Shown here: in pieces, positions 13,230 to 24,925 of the stretch
Numbering within the stretch: position 1 is the first letter of the stretch
Layout: each line of letters opens with the position of its first letter
Assembly (NCBI RefSeq): GCF_036321535.1
Contig: NC_087436.1
Span: 103,666,001 to 103,730,000 of the forward strand
Source: Camelus dromedarius
Lineage: Eukaryota
Direction of reading: 5' to 3'
Length of the DNA: 64,000 nt
The notes under the pieces: generated by a model
The model's input: only the letters and a program-made list of their open reading frames with translations
What the model was told of the DNA's origin: nothing
Database searches by the model: none
Translations under genes and position numbers: made by a program

Positions 13230-13330
13230 GAGAAAGATAAAACTTGAATATAAGGAAGTGAGGTGAGTTGTTCAGGGGATAAGCCTGGTTAGTGGCAGAG
13301 CCAGACTCCAGTCTTGTCTTCTGAATCAAA
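13230..13330 (-). mobile_element. MIR fragment
   Basis: gaagtgaggtgagttgttcagggg...ggttagtggcagagccagactc. Confidence 0.55.
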
Positions 13331-14198
13331 GGAGGATTCTTTTCACAATATACAGAAAGATGTGCACATTTCTTATAGGATCCGACGAAGATAGACAGGC
13401 TTATTTTCTTGGCCACCTTTGCAGAATGCTTATTTTGTCTCTTTCTCAAAGTATTAAGCTGATTAATACTGCCTAATTGATGTGCAGGATATGAAATCAA
13501 TCATATACCCCTGACCCTGGGAAATCAATCCATGATTTCCTCAATTTTGGAGCTGTGACTTTTTTTGAAATTATAAACTAATTATTTCCCTCCCCAATTC
13601 ACTTCTTTCCACCCATACTAAAAGCATACCATCACACAATTATTCTTTTATTCATTTATCCATTCATTTACTCATTCATTATTTTATTTATATATTCATT
13701 CATTCATTTATATCTACAAGCATTTATATATCATTTTATATTCTGCTAATCTATTCCTAAGCACTAAATGTACAGAGATAGAAACAGAGTTGCTAATTTG
13801 TTTGTTTGCTTGGAGTGAGAGGGTGAGGTCACCAAGAGATTTGTTTTCATTACTTTTTTGTTTTATATTTTCAGTAGTGATTCAGACAAGTTTGTTGGCC
13901 TATGCAAATAGAAAAAGAGAAGGAGGTTTTAAAACAGGAAAGTTTGAATGGGAATTTTACCCCCTCCCCACCACCAAATTGCTTTTTTTCTTCAACGCAC
14001 GTGATTTACAAATAGTTTAATTTGATGACTGTCAGGTAAATTCTATTACTTCTTTGTAGTGATAAGAGTTTCCTTGGAGACTGGCTAAATTCAGGCTGGG
14101 AATCAGGTTTTTAGACTGATAAAAAGCCACTTTCTTCTATTTCAAGCACAGTATTTGGTCTCCTTGCACTAAATAACTACTTAAATGTAGGAAAGACT

Positions 14199-14268
14199 AG
14201 ATAGACAGACAGACAGACAGACAGATAGATAGGTAGAGATATAAATCTAGATATAGATGTAGATATAA
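14199..14268. repeat. (GACA)n/(GATA)n compound microsatellite
   Basis: agatagacagacagacagacagacagatagataggtagagatata. Confidence 0.85.
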
Positions 14269-14369
14269 TTGTTTCAGGGATTTCTGGTCCAAGATCCAGG
14301 TAGATGCCTTTCCTTTTGTCTTGCTTCAATTAATCAATTCACTATTTTTATAATGTAGAAAATGAAAGG

Positions 14370-14755
14370 TATGGTGTCCATGAAGGTCCACCTCTCACAT
14401 GTCCCTTCAGGTGAACCTGCTATGAGAGGCATGGACAGATGACATTCTCCAGCTGCCACGCCTGCCGACCTGCCTCCGCATTCACGTCTGGCCATGTTCT
14501 CCTGGGGGCTGCTCTCTCGCAGTAGCTGAGCACGGCAGGGGACTAGAACTGGACAATTCCTGCCCAACGCAGCTTCTCTGATGGGCAGTCTCATCTCTGA
14601 GACTCTCGTCAGCCTGGCCAGGACTCTCAGCTGCCGGGCAGTCTAAGATTGCTTCTTCCTAATTGTCCATTCTTCCCTCTTTCCTTTCACAAGAGTCATG
14701 CTGGCACCATAGCTGAGAATCTTCTGGGCCTGTTCCTACTCACCTACCCCACTTT
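14370..14755 (+). mobile_element. ERVL solo LTR (LTR16-like)
   Basis: tggtgtccatgaaggtccacctctcacatgtcccttcaggtgaacctgct...ctccagctgccac resembles the LTR16 5' end; ttcttccctctttcctttcacaag later. Confidence 0.7.
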
Positions 14756-14869
14756 CAGGGGCAGAATTCCTGGAGAAAATATCAAGAAATCTTTCCCTTA
14801 AAGTTAATATTGATAATGATCAATATCATCCTCAGTGGTTTCTGAGACCTCTCTTGAAAGTTCTCTTTT

Positions 14870-15018
14870 AAAAAAAAACATTGGGGGAGGAGGTAATTAG
14901 ATTTATTTATGTACTTATTTATTTATGTACTTATTATTTAATGGAGGTAGTGGGGATTGAACCCAGGACTTCATGCATGCTAAGCATGTGCTCTACCACT
15001 GAGCTATACCCTCCTCCC
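14870..15018 (-). mobile_element. tRNA-Ala-derived SINE (Vic-1 type)
   Basis: Reverse complement of gagggtatagctcagtggtagagcacatgcttagcatgcatgaagtcctgggttcaatcccc; TSD aaag(t/c)tctctttt at 14857-14869 and 15020-15032. Confidence 0.92.
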
Positions 15019-15811
15019 AAAAGCTCTCTTTTTAATTTCAAAGTTCTGAGCAACAAAGAAACCCAGCCCTCACCCCTCTTAGGAGAGAAGAGGAGAGAAA
15101 ATTATCTACAGTCAGGCCTGGTGGATATGATTACTTCTTCCTGAAAGGGGAGGTAACTGGATGATGGACAGTGATTGCACTGAGTTAGAGCTTTTCTTGA
15201 CTCAGGGGGTCTTGAAGGCAGGATTTTTCTGTTGTGTTCAAGAAATGTTGCAAAAAAGCAAGGATGACTAATCTCCTGAAACAAAGAATAAGATGTGAGT
15301 TTCAAAAACCTGTTCATGTTTCTGCTTCTTCTGCTTCTCATCATTATATAAACCATCTTTTGGAATGAAATGGCCAAGGTCTTGCAGGAATCGGGAAACG
15401 TTTGTGATGCCCTGGGGGCAGACTACGGACTGAGCTACGCTGTCCACAAATCTGTATGTCATCAGGAAGGCGGAATTCAAGCCCCATATTCAGCCTAGCA
15501 GCTGCAAAGGACCAAAGAGCTGGCTCTGGAATATCAACCATGACTCCGCCTCTCCAACACTTTACAGTTTACATTAGGCTCTTTCTCCTCCCCATGTCAT
15601 TTGAGCCCACGAGGCCAGTTCCCCCAGTGGTTTCCACCTCTGGGGGCATTCATGGTTCTCTCTTTGCCTAGTGGGGCACGGCCTGTACCTGGGAATTGAT
15701 TCATGAAGTTGTGGCTCTCCCACCAACAGCACCTCCATTTAAAAACTCTGGGTCTGCAACAACCATATTAAAGACATTTTTCACCAAACAACAACAACAA
15801 CAACAACAAAA

Positions 15812-16153
15812 TTGTATATTAAAGCCTTAACCCTCCACATGACTGTATTGGAAATAAGTCCTTTAAAGAAGCGATTAGGGTTAAATGAGGTCATAAGGGT
15901 GGGACTTTAACACAATAAGGCTGGTGCCCTTACAAGAAGAGAAAAGGACTCAAGTGCGTTCTCTCTACCATGTGAGGACTCAAGGAGAAGGCAGTCACCT
16001 ACAAGCCAAGAGACAATGCCTCAGAATAAAACATACCTTGCTGGCACTTTAATCTGGGACTTCCCACCCTCCAGAATTATGTGAAATGAATTTCTGTTGT
16101 TTAAAGCACCCAGTCTATGTGTTTTGTTATGGCAGCTGAAACTGGCTAATACA
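15812..16153 (+). mobile_element. MaLR solo LTR (MLT1A/B-like), preceded by (CAA)n
   Basis: ggttaaatgaggtcataagggtggg, ccatgtgaggac, gaatttctgttgtttaaagcacccagtctatg, terminal ctaataca. Confidence 0.85.
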
Positions 16154-17002
16154 AACATTGAGGACAATTATCAAATCTAATTCTCTTTAAATATTGTCAT
16201 ACAGCAGGCGGCCAAGGGTCTCCTGATCTAGTGACATAAAAAGATATCTTTTAAGAAAAAAACGTTTATTCTCTCCTTTGGTTAATTCTCCATTAGGTAA
16301 CTTTTACTGCTATTATATATAAGTTAAAATATATAACTCAGTGCCTTTTTTTCTTAGATTAAGTCAGAAACATCCACAAAGTTTTGTCAGAGCCCAAATA
16401 GTATCTCAAAGGAAAAATGTTCCAAAAGGAATTAAACTTTCACAATCAACGCCAAGGTTAGACCTCAATAAAGGTGTGTGTGTTGGGGTGGGGGAGGGGC
16501 ACATAATGACAAGAGACAAAGCTGTGCAGATGTAAGAAGAAAAGGCTATCTTTAAGAATTCCACTCATTACCTGTTTATTTTCTATTTAATAAAAATGAT
16601 TAGAAAATGATAACAAAGAATGCAGAGTTGACTGGAAGCCTCTTACCCTTCTGGAGAGACATTTTCTCTTATAATCAGTTAAAGCAGTGATTTTATCTCT
16701 GATAAAACAAGGTCAAGTTTTGTTTTCTGCAGTAAGTCTGAAGGAGTTTGTTAGAAAATTAAGAATGGAAAGGCTGAATGATAGCTGCAAAGTCAACTGT
16801 TGGAAAGTCACGCAAGATACAGTAAGCGAAGCCTGGTGGTCAGATTTCTCCACGCGGACAGAGGCTAGCACTGCTTTCCTCAAACTGTGCTCTTCAGTCC
16901 TCAGGCTTCCTGGAGACACGTCAGGGGATTCCTGGAGGGGCATGGTACCTAATGTTCCCCTCTCAGCCCCTTTGTATGTTTTTGAAATGTTTTAAAGCCA
17001 AT

Positions 17003-17474
17003 TGTGGTAGGCACTTAATACCTCCCCAAAGATGTCTGCCTCCTAATCCCCAGATCCTGTGAATATGTTACCTTACATGGCGAAAGGGACTTTGCTGATG
17101 TGATTAAGGATCTGAAGACAAGAAGATTATCTTGGGTAGTGTAATTACAAAGGTCCTTATAAAAGAAAAAGGGAAGTCAGAGTCAGAGAAGGCGATGTGA
17201 CAGCAGAAGCAGAGAGCTAAGGGGTAGAAGGGGGCATGAGTCAAGGAACGTGGGCAGCTTCTAGTAGCTGGAAAAGGCAAGGAAAACAGATTTCCCCTAG
17301 AGCCTCCGGAAGGAAGGGAGCCCTGCTGAGACTTTGATTTTAGTCCAAAGAACTCATTTTGGATTTCTGACGTCCACTCCAGACTTCTGATCCTCCCAGC
17401 TGTAAGATAATAAATACGTATTAAGTCACTAAGTCTGTAGTCATTAATTACAGCAGCAAAAGGAAACTAATACA
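17003..17474 (+). mobile_element. MaLR solo LTR (MLT1D-like)
   Basis: tgtggtagg...gtgaatatgttaccttacatggcgaaagggactttgctgatgtgatta...ggaaactaataca; flanks ccaat/ctgat consistent with a CpG-decayed TSD. Confidence 0.88.
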
Positions 17475-17488
17475 CTGATGAACTAACA

Positions 17489-17680
17489 CAGTATTTCTCC
17501 AATCTAAGTATGCATGAGCTTCCTCTAGGACGTTTGTCAAATATTCATTTCCAGACTCCGCTTCCCACAAATTCTGATGCGAGTCATCTGCTGGTAAGCC
17601 TAGAAACCTGCATTTTTAATGATTACTTCCCGTGCCCCCATGATTCTGATTCCAAATTTCCAACACTAAATGAAACCAGA
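17489..17680. mobile_element. MER5A-like hAT MITE
   Basis: cagtatttctc...aaattctgat...agaaacctgcatttttaat...tgattctgat. Confidence 0.6.
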
Positions 17681-17994
17681 TTCAACTTAAACAGTCTCAT
17701 AAGATATAGGAAACCATGATGCCAGTTGGAATAATGTTGCCACAAATCCCCTCCACCCTCCGGTACTTTCAGCAAACATCCCCAAGAAAGATGCATCGAG
17801 CCCTGAGTTCTACATCCATCATGTTACACAGCAACTTGCAATGTAAGCTTCCATCTTGCAATTGTTCACTGTGTCCATGCATTTCAACAGAAGAGTTATT
17901 ATTTGCTTCACCAAAGAAATAGTAAGTGTAAGGAAGTATAGTTCTGCAATCAGGAGACCTCAATCACTCTTCTCCATTCCTCCCTGATATACAG

Positions 17995-18100
17995 CCCTGG
18001 GCAAGATGCTTCTCATCTCTGGACCTCAGTTTCCCCATATGTAAAGTGACAGGTCCTAACTAAACAATCTCTTCAATTACGCTGAGCAGTAATATCCTCT
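17995..18100 (+). mobile_element. MIR fragment
   Basis: ctgggcaagatgcttctcatctctggacctcagtttccccatatgtaaa (MIR core). Confidence 0.7.
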
Positions 18101-18649
18101 AATTTAGTGGTCCACTTGAGTCTATTGAGAAATAGGCAAAGGACACTAGGAATTCCTTTTTTTTTTCCTTTCATCTCTAATCAACTTTGTTTGCCAAAGG
18201 CATTCAGGAATGTAAGGGTTTCTTTTCCACTTTCAGATCTCTATTTCCCTTGGAAAATTATTTCCTTCCAAAGAGACACACATGTTCACCCAGAATATGC
18301 CTAGTTTCAATGATTATTTCTTTATAGCCACATCTTCCCTCCAAAGGAGGCCATTACATATGTAGGGTTTGCCTCCTGCTGTCAGACATACCATTTTCAA
18401 TTATTTGGAGGCTCATAAGCCATCCTGTTAATCATCTAGTTCCTCTGTTTCCCTCCTTTCTCCTGCTGAACTCATCCTTATCAGTCCTTTGGTTTGGCAT
18501 CACTTAGGACAGGGTAAGTGACATTTCTCCATTCTGAATTGGTTAAACCAAACCCAGAGCATTCAGCTTACTTCTTGGGGGTGGGTGAGGAGATTATTAC
18601 AACATCTCACAAAAGTATTATAATTAAGAACAGGATGTACAATTAAGAA

Positions 18650-18870
18650 CAGGCACTCTAAAATCAGTAAAGACATTAGTTCAAATTCTGACTCTATCAA
18701 CTACTAGGAGTAGACATGTGGGTTTGGGGAAGGTATTCCATTTCTTCTTACCTTGGCTTCCTTAACTACAGATATAGAGAGACACAGATTTACATCTGAA
18801 TCTGTAGCATGAGGATGGCAATACCTAGCTCATATCACAGTGGACGTTAAAGGTCATGTTTGCAAGCTAC
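18650..18870 (+). mobile_element. MIR fragment
   Basis: gttcaaattctgactctatcaactacta...gaggatggcaatacctagctcata. Confidence 0.5.
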
Positions 18871-19129
18871 CTGGTGCCAATTAAACAACTTTATATGGGA
18901 AGTTTCATTTTCATTATTATTCTTATCAGTGAACTCTGTCATGTTCAGAGCTGAGGGATCTGGGATGTCTAGACTCAAAAATCACATCATAAAATTATCA
19001 GGAATATTTGGTTTCGAGGAACATCATACAGGAGACAAGATAATTGTCTTCAAATAGACGGAGGGTGGGGGAAAGGATTATATATTTTTGTCTATCCATT
19101 GAGAACAGAGCAAAATTCAATAGGGGGAT

Positions 19130-19355
19130 TTCGTCTCAGCATAACAAATAATCTTTTCACAGCTAGAACTGTGTAGAAATGGAATGGACTCTCTTGAGAG
19201 GTAATGAGTTTCCCACGGCTAAAGGAATTCAAGAGGAGCCTAGCTAGCCTTTTGGTGGGAAGGTAATGTAAAAGATTCAAGCGTGGGATGAACTATTGAA
19301 TTTTTATGACATTTAAAATACCTTCTAAGATTGAAATTCTATGGTTCTGTGATTA
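19130..19355 (+). mobile_element. L3/CR1 3' end
   Basis: aaatggaatggact...gaggtaatgagtttccca...ggaattcaag...ccttctaagattgaaattctatggttctgtgat, a CR1-type tail. Confidence 0.7.
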
Positions 19356-20040
19356 TTACCAGCCCCAAAAGAGGAGGCAGGAGAAAATTTTCAAAGGTGA
19401 AAGAAAAACCAATCAATTTGGCTATCAGCAAGCAATTCCTGAAAGAGAGAAAGACTGGCTAAAAATATTTAAGGCATTAGTGAAACTAAGGACTGGAGAT
19501 TGAAACATTCTGCATCTTTCCCTTTACCATGGCTCGTAAATGTGCTTTTCTCAGCTGTAGTCCTGTAATGCCAAATGCATTATGTAAAACCTGCGTGAAT
19601 GGACAGATTGGGAGAGACTCCTCAAAATGTAAACTCAATGACAAAGCCCATTGCCTGAAATTATGTGCCCTTAACTAAAGTCTTAAAGGTAATTAAAACA
19701 GGTAAACCATCTTTTTCTCCAGCTGAGAGATCATGAAAATGGATATGAAGAATGTTAACAAGTATCGAAGGATTTGTAAAATGTCAGGCCCAGGGAACTC
19801 TGGAGTTTTAAGGAAGTGTACATCCATATGTTTTGAAGTCTTAATAAAGGCTGGCAGACTGCTCTCTCACTAGATTGTCTCTGTCTCTTTCTCTCTCTCC
19901 TCCTCAAAATGCTTCCAGAAACATCTCACGGAAACAAGAAATTAGCATTAACATAACTGAAAAGAAATTATAGGAGATACTTTGTATAACATTATCTATA
20001 AGGAAATTCAATAGAAGCATTTAAAACAAACCTGATTAGA

Positions 20041-20077
20041 CATGTATGTGCACGTACCTGCACGCGCACACGCACAT

Positions 20078-20109
<32 letters not shown>
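20041..20109. repeat. Alternating purine-pyrimidine tract ending in (CA)n
   Basis: catgtatgtgcacgtacctgcacgcgcacacgcacatgcacacaca... Confidence 0.9.
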
Positions 20110-20113
<4 letters not shown>

Positions 20114-21383
20114 TTCCTAGAATACTAACGAGGTTGGGTGTTGGTCTTAGGGCCTGACATAAATGCCAGGATGGATTTTCACTATGTAATTCAAATTGCT
20201 TTTAAAAAAACATCATTCCAGGCTTGCAGAGGGCTTTCACGACTCTCTTTTTCTGTCCTCATTAAGCATCTGTTGAACCAGGCAGGACAAAATTTGAGGA
20301 TCAACGGTATTCTTCACGTGGCGCACAGCACCTGTGACCAGTACACATACATGAAACAACACGCGCCACTGAGAAAAAATTCAACGTCCAATCATCCAGA
20401 GATGCTAATGATCTTTTGTTTCAAGCAATGATTATGTCTAAGTGCTATCCACACTTAGAATATTCATTAAAAGACGTGAGATCGGTCAGGAAGCCAGAAC
20501 ATCTAGCAACAGACATGCAAGGGCTTTTCTATCTCAAGAATGAGTACCTACTTTTGAAGGAAGAATTGTATTCTTTGCAGGTTCTCTTTAAGCAAATGAG
20601 AATGACTCCAGTGTTAAGCTTTGGTGATAAATTGTACATTTAGTATCTGAAGGCCTTTTAAAAGACTGTGTATGTAATCAACATGAAATGAAAAAATCTA
20701 CCCATTATGCCCTGATTCTATCAGCAAATCGTACTGCAAATAGCACCTAATAAAAGGACCAGAACAAAGAACTCTGGCCAAGAAACAGTTGAGCGGGGCC
20801 CCAAATCATCCAAATTCTGTTTAGGAGATTAGACTGAGGTCGATTTAATCCTTAAACAGAGGGACTAACATTAGACTGTAACAGAGATAACAAGATACGG
20901 TGATAAATGGCATCAGAGGTGACCAATACTCCCAAGAGGACTGGAAAAGTCTAAGAGTCATTCAGTTTGCTGCTTTTCCAAGTAAATGACTGACAGCCAC
21001 AAGCTGGCTCTGCAGGAGCTGTGTTGGGCGCAACTTATGACTGAACTTGTGAGGCTGGATGGCTAAATTAACAGAACCGAGAAGGGACCTAACGCTGCCC
21101 ACACCTCTAGACCAGCCATCGCTCGGGCTCATAAAATAAGCTAAAATCTGTGTGTTTCTCTTAAAGACGCTTTCCTTTTCAGATAGAATTTTGTATGACA
21201 TGACCTTAAACCTTTACTACTGGTAAAAATCATAATGGTGTCTAGTATTTATTGAATCTATAGCATATGTGGGCATCAGAATTCAGCACACTGTGAAAAG
21301 GAAAGAATTCAAGATTTAGGCAGATGTCTTGGGTTCTAAAAAGCAAAAATGGTGAGGTATGAACAATGAAGGCAAGAGTAGGA

Positions 21384-21438
21384 TCTTCTTTCTTTTCTTT
21401 CTTTTTTTCTCTCTTTCTTTCTTTCTTTTTTCTCTTTC

Positions 21439-21486
<48 letters not shown>

Positions 21487-21587
21487 TCCTTCTTTCCTTC
21501 TTTCCTTCTTTCCTTCTTTCCTTCTTTCCTTCTTTCCTTCTTTTCTTCTTTCTCTTCTTTCCTTCTTTCTCTTCTTTCTTTCTTTTT
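21384..21587. repeat. 204-nt pure polypyrimidine (TTTC/TTCC)n tract
   Basis: Only C and T across the interval. Confidence 0.95.
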
Positions 21588-22927
21588 AAGGATTAAAGAA
21601 AAACCAGCACTGAGAGCAGCACTGGCTCTGGGAGAACTCTGAGAAGCAGCTGTTCACCAGCAGCAGCAGCTGAACACACAGAAGAGCTGGGGACACGCAG
21701 GAAAGCAGGCTGCCTGCTAATAGTTCTAATGCTCCAGGATGCTTCATGTTTGTGTGCAGGAATTTACAACCCAGCGTTCACCACTGCAAAGCTAATACTT
21801 ATCTCTGCAATGCGTGCCAGCTCCTGGTGCTCTCCCATTCCCTAACTCAGATGTCAAGAGAAAGGGGAAAAAAGTTCCAATAATAAGAACTGAGAGACAA
21901 ACCACTATATTTAGATATAGATATAACCCTCTGTCTATGGGAGTAGTGTCCGTAAGGCACAAAGCTGCTTAATCTTTCTCTCTTTGTATGCTCCGAAATC
22001 CCATCTCATTTTGCATCCAGTGTGCTTTGTACAAATGCCAATCCCCTCCAATTCAGCCCTGATGTCAAGTGATGAAGGGAAATACTCCCACTCAAACTCT
22101 CTCGCTTTCAGCCTTTATGCTTCAAGTCTCCTTCAAACAAAGACTGCCTCTGATTCCCGGCTTGAGACCACTTTCTTACATGACACATAGCCTGGTGTGG
22201 CCAGGCAGTTAAAAAAAAAAAAAAAAGGCAACGCCTAAACTCCCCCCATGATGTAAATTAGAGAGTTGCAGCCCCATCAGGGTCCTCCAACGAAGCCGCC
22301 CGCTGAGTGAGGAACTATTGGATTTCCATCTGTGTTTCTCATACCATTGGTGGCTATTGTTTAAATAAACATCACTTTCTATTGCGTTTTTTAAAAATTC
22401 AATATGTGTTGATGCCTGGTTAAAAGGAAGGAAAATTGCAGTATTAAAAGACTAGTATTTTCAGAGTCTTGTGATGTAAATTGCTAATTTAAAACCCCAA
22501 ATATTGTTAAAGTGTCTTTATTTAATAGCAGGTGATTGCAAGCTGTAATTTGCAAGCTGTACATGCAGATGGTAATGTTTTTCCTCCCTTTTCTGCAGAG
22601 CTGTACAGTATTTACTGCAGATCGATGCAGACGCAGAACAGCCAACTGTGAAAGAAAACACGCTGGAAGGAGATGAACCACAAAGTTCGGAGGACCAAGA
22701 TGGCTTTTGAGAGCTGATCCTGTCTCAGCCAAGGCAGGGTCCTCTCCTCCTGAGCTTGGAGGGTGTTTGTTCACCACAGGAAGTTAAAGGTGGTGTCGTT
22801 GGTCTGCCAGGTTCCCACGAAGGTTAAAACACATTCGTGAGAGAGTGATATTTAATTTAGGCTTCACTTATTTACTCTCTGGCTGGAGAGAACAGAGGGA
22901 AGAGACGGAATGTCAGTAAAGAGAGGG

Positions 22928-23103
22928 AAGGTGGCCGGATAAAATGTAGGACACCCAGTTAAATCTGACATTCGGATAAACAGCCCATAATTTGTTGGGA
23001 TAGGTGTATCCCCAAGCTTATCCTAACAAATTTTAGGTCATTTATCTGAACTTCCAATTTAACTGAGAGTTGTGTATTTTTATGTGCTAAATCTTGCAAC
23101 TCT
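22928..23103. mobile_element. MER53 palindromic hAT MITE
   Basis: gccggataaaatgtaggacacccagttaaat...ttcggataaa...tttatctgaa...atttaactg...gtatttttatgtgctaaatcttgcaac, with inverted arms. Confidence 0.85.
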
Positions 23104-24159
23104 CTGTGGGGAGAAAGGGTGAGTAAATTAAATGACAATGTCAAGTTCAGGCAAAGGAGAGGGAACCTGTCATTTACTGAGCATCGTGCGAGGGACCTGC
23201 CTTCTGCTCCCCGTGTAATCATGGCAATGATTTACCAGGTAGATATTGTTAACCGTATTTCAAAGAGGCTTAATTGTGGTTCAGAGGCTTTGGTGGCTTT
23301 TCCGAGGCCATAGAGTTCACAACAGCCTGGATTCAGGACCAAGGTCTCTGTGGCATCAAAGCCTGGGTTCTTTTCATAAAATGATGCTGATGCTTCACCT
23401 TGGTTAATTCTCTCCCATGACACTTCAGGAATCTGCCAGAAATTCAGAACTCTTTTCTAGCTCCAGGTGGCCTCCCAACTCCCCCAACCCGCAAACAAAC
23501 AAACAAACAACAAAAAAAACGAAAAAAAGAAAACCAATGAACAAACCCATTTGGCTTCACCAATTATCTTCTTTCCCCTATTCCACCCCAGTGACAATCA
23601 GAAGCACTACTTGCTTTGATGTTTATGTTACTCTGAAGAGCATCTTCCCCATCATGTTATCCAGGTAAACCCTTGATGATGATTACATTCTCTTTGCTTT
23701 GGTTGTAGCCTACTACAAAACACCTGGAGAGGCTGGCCTTCCTTAAGCACTTGACTTCAGACACTTGTGCGGAATTCTGAAAGTGGTAACACAGGACTCC
23801 AGCAGGAACAAAGCGCCGTGGCTTCTTGATTGCTGACTCAGTTGTCACACCTCCCTTCTTTCTTGTTGCCACAGTCCCAGTGGATTCAGCAGTCGGTTCC
23901 CTTCCCTGTGACTCAGTAGCAAGTCCTGGTTGGGCTCCAGGGTTTCCCAACAGGAGTGATATTAACATTTGGGAAGATGCTGCTTCGCCCCAAGGCACTG
24001 CCCTGCATATTGCAGACACTTCTTCCTGTGTCCTGGGTCCTGAGTACTGCAGGCAGGCATTTGGTCACTGTGTAAAGCAAGGATAGCCCTGCACATTTGC
24101 AGATCCTTCTGTTGGGGGAGGGGCACCTCCCCCTGGCCATCTGGTTGTCTCTCCGCCTT

Positions 24160-24470
24160 GCTGGTCACAGTTTGGTGGCCAGGGTCACCCAGTCCTGGCC
24201 AATGCAGACCTGAGGGGAGGTCTGCTAGGGGCTTCTGAGCTCACACTATGAAAGAGACCCAAGGAAGGAACACTTCCTCTTCCACCCTGGATGTGCTTGT
24301 GTGCCTACATAGGACGTGCGGACCTGCCACGGCAATCTTTCACCCATGGGGCAAAAACTGACAATGAAAAAAATGGCAGAGAGCGAAAATGGAAAAATCC
24401 TGGGCCCACGATGGGATCACTGAGCTGCAAATGAGCAACCCTGGAGCTGCCCAACTTCACAGCTCTTAAA
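24160..24470 (+). mobile_element. Old MaLR LTR fragment (MLT1J/K-like)
   Basis: cagtcctggccaatg...ggggaggtctgctaggggcttctg...atggcagagagcgaaaatggaaaaatcctggg...accctggagctgcc. Confidence 0.65.
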
Positions 24471-24639
24471 CTGGGGGCACCCAAGCCAGGCTGCAGCTCC
24501 GTGTACCCAAACTGCCATGTGATCCATGGACACTGAACATCGGAAGGGAGGACAAGGAAAGAACAATAGAAGGGGAGTGAGGTGACGGAGACAACTTTGG
24601 CGCATTATGGTACGATTGTAAGGGGGAGGGGAGAGAGTG

Positions 24640-24750
24640 GAGTCAGCGAAACGGAATCGGAAACCTAACTCATCACTAAATAACTTGGTGACCTTGGGTA
24701 AGGTCATTTATTATCTCAGCCTTAGATTTCTGACCTGAAAACTATCAGGA
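24640..24750 (+). mobile_element. MIR fragment
   Basis: gtgaccttgggtaaggtcatttattatctcagccttagatttc. Confidence 0.6.
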
Positions 24751-24754
24751 TTAG

Positions 24755-24925
24755 GTTGGCAAACACTGTCAGCTCACAGCCAGTGGGCCACGCTGGACCT
24801 ACAGGAACGCTGGCTTTGACTGGTGCGCATGCCTGGTAGCTGTGTGGTTCTGCCACACACGCCACCCCGCCCCACTGTCTTACACCCAGGCCTCTGCACT
24901 CATTTCCTGGGCCATTTGAGTTCAG
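24755..24925 (-). mobile_element. Internally deleted MER102-like hAT element
   Basis: ccactgtcttacacccaggcctctgcactcatttcctgggccatttgagtt matches the reverse of the MER102 5' end. Confidence 0.5.

Noticed and set aside
15102..15671. Overlapping ORF cluster as a processed pseudogene or ERV internal remnant
   Set aside because: No recognisable protein motif, poly(A) tail or TSD.
21359..21596. Phe/Ser/Leu-rich membrane-like ORFs (also the THTH, VCVC and IYIY ORFs near 48200 and 59100)
   Set aside because: They are translations of microsatellites.
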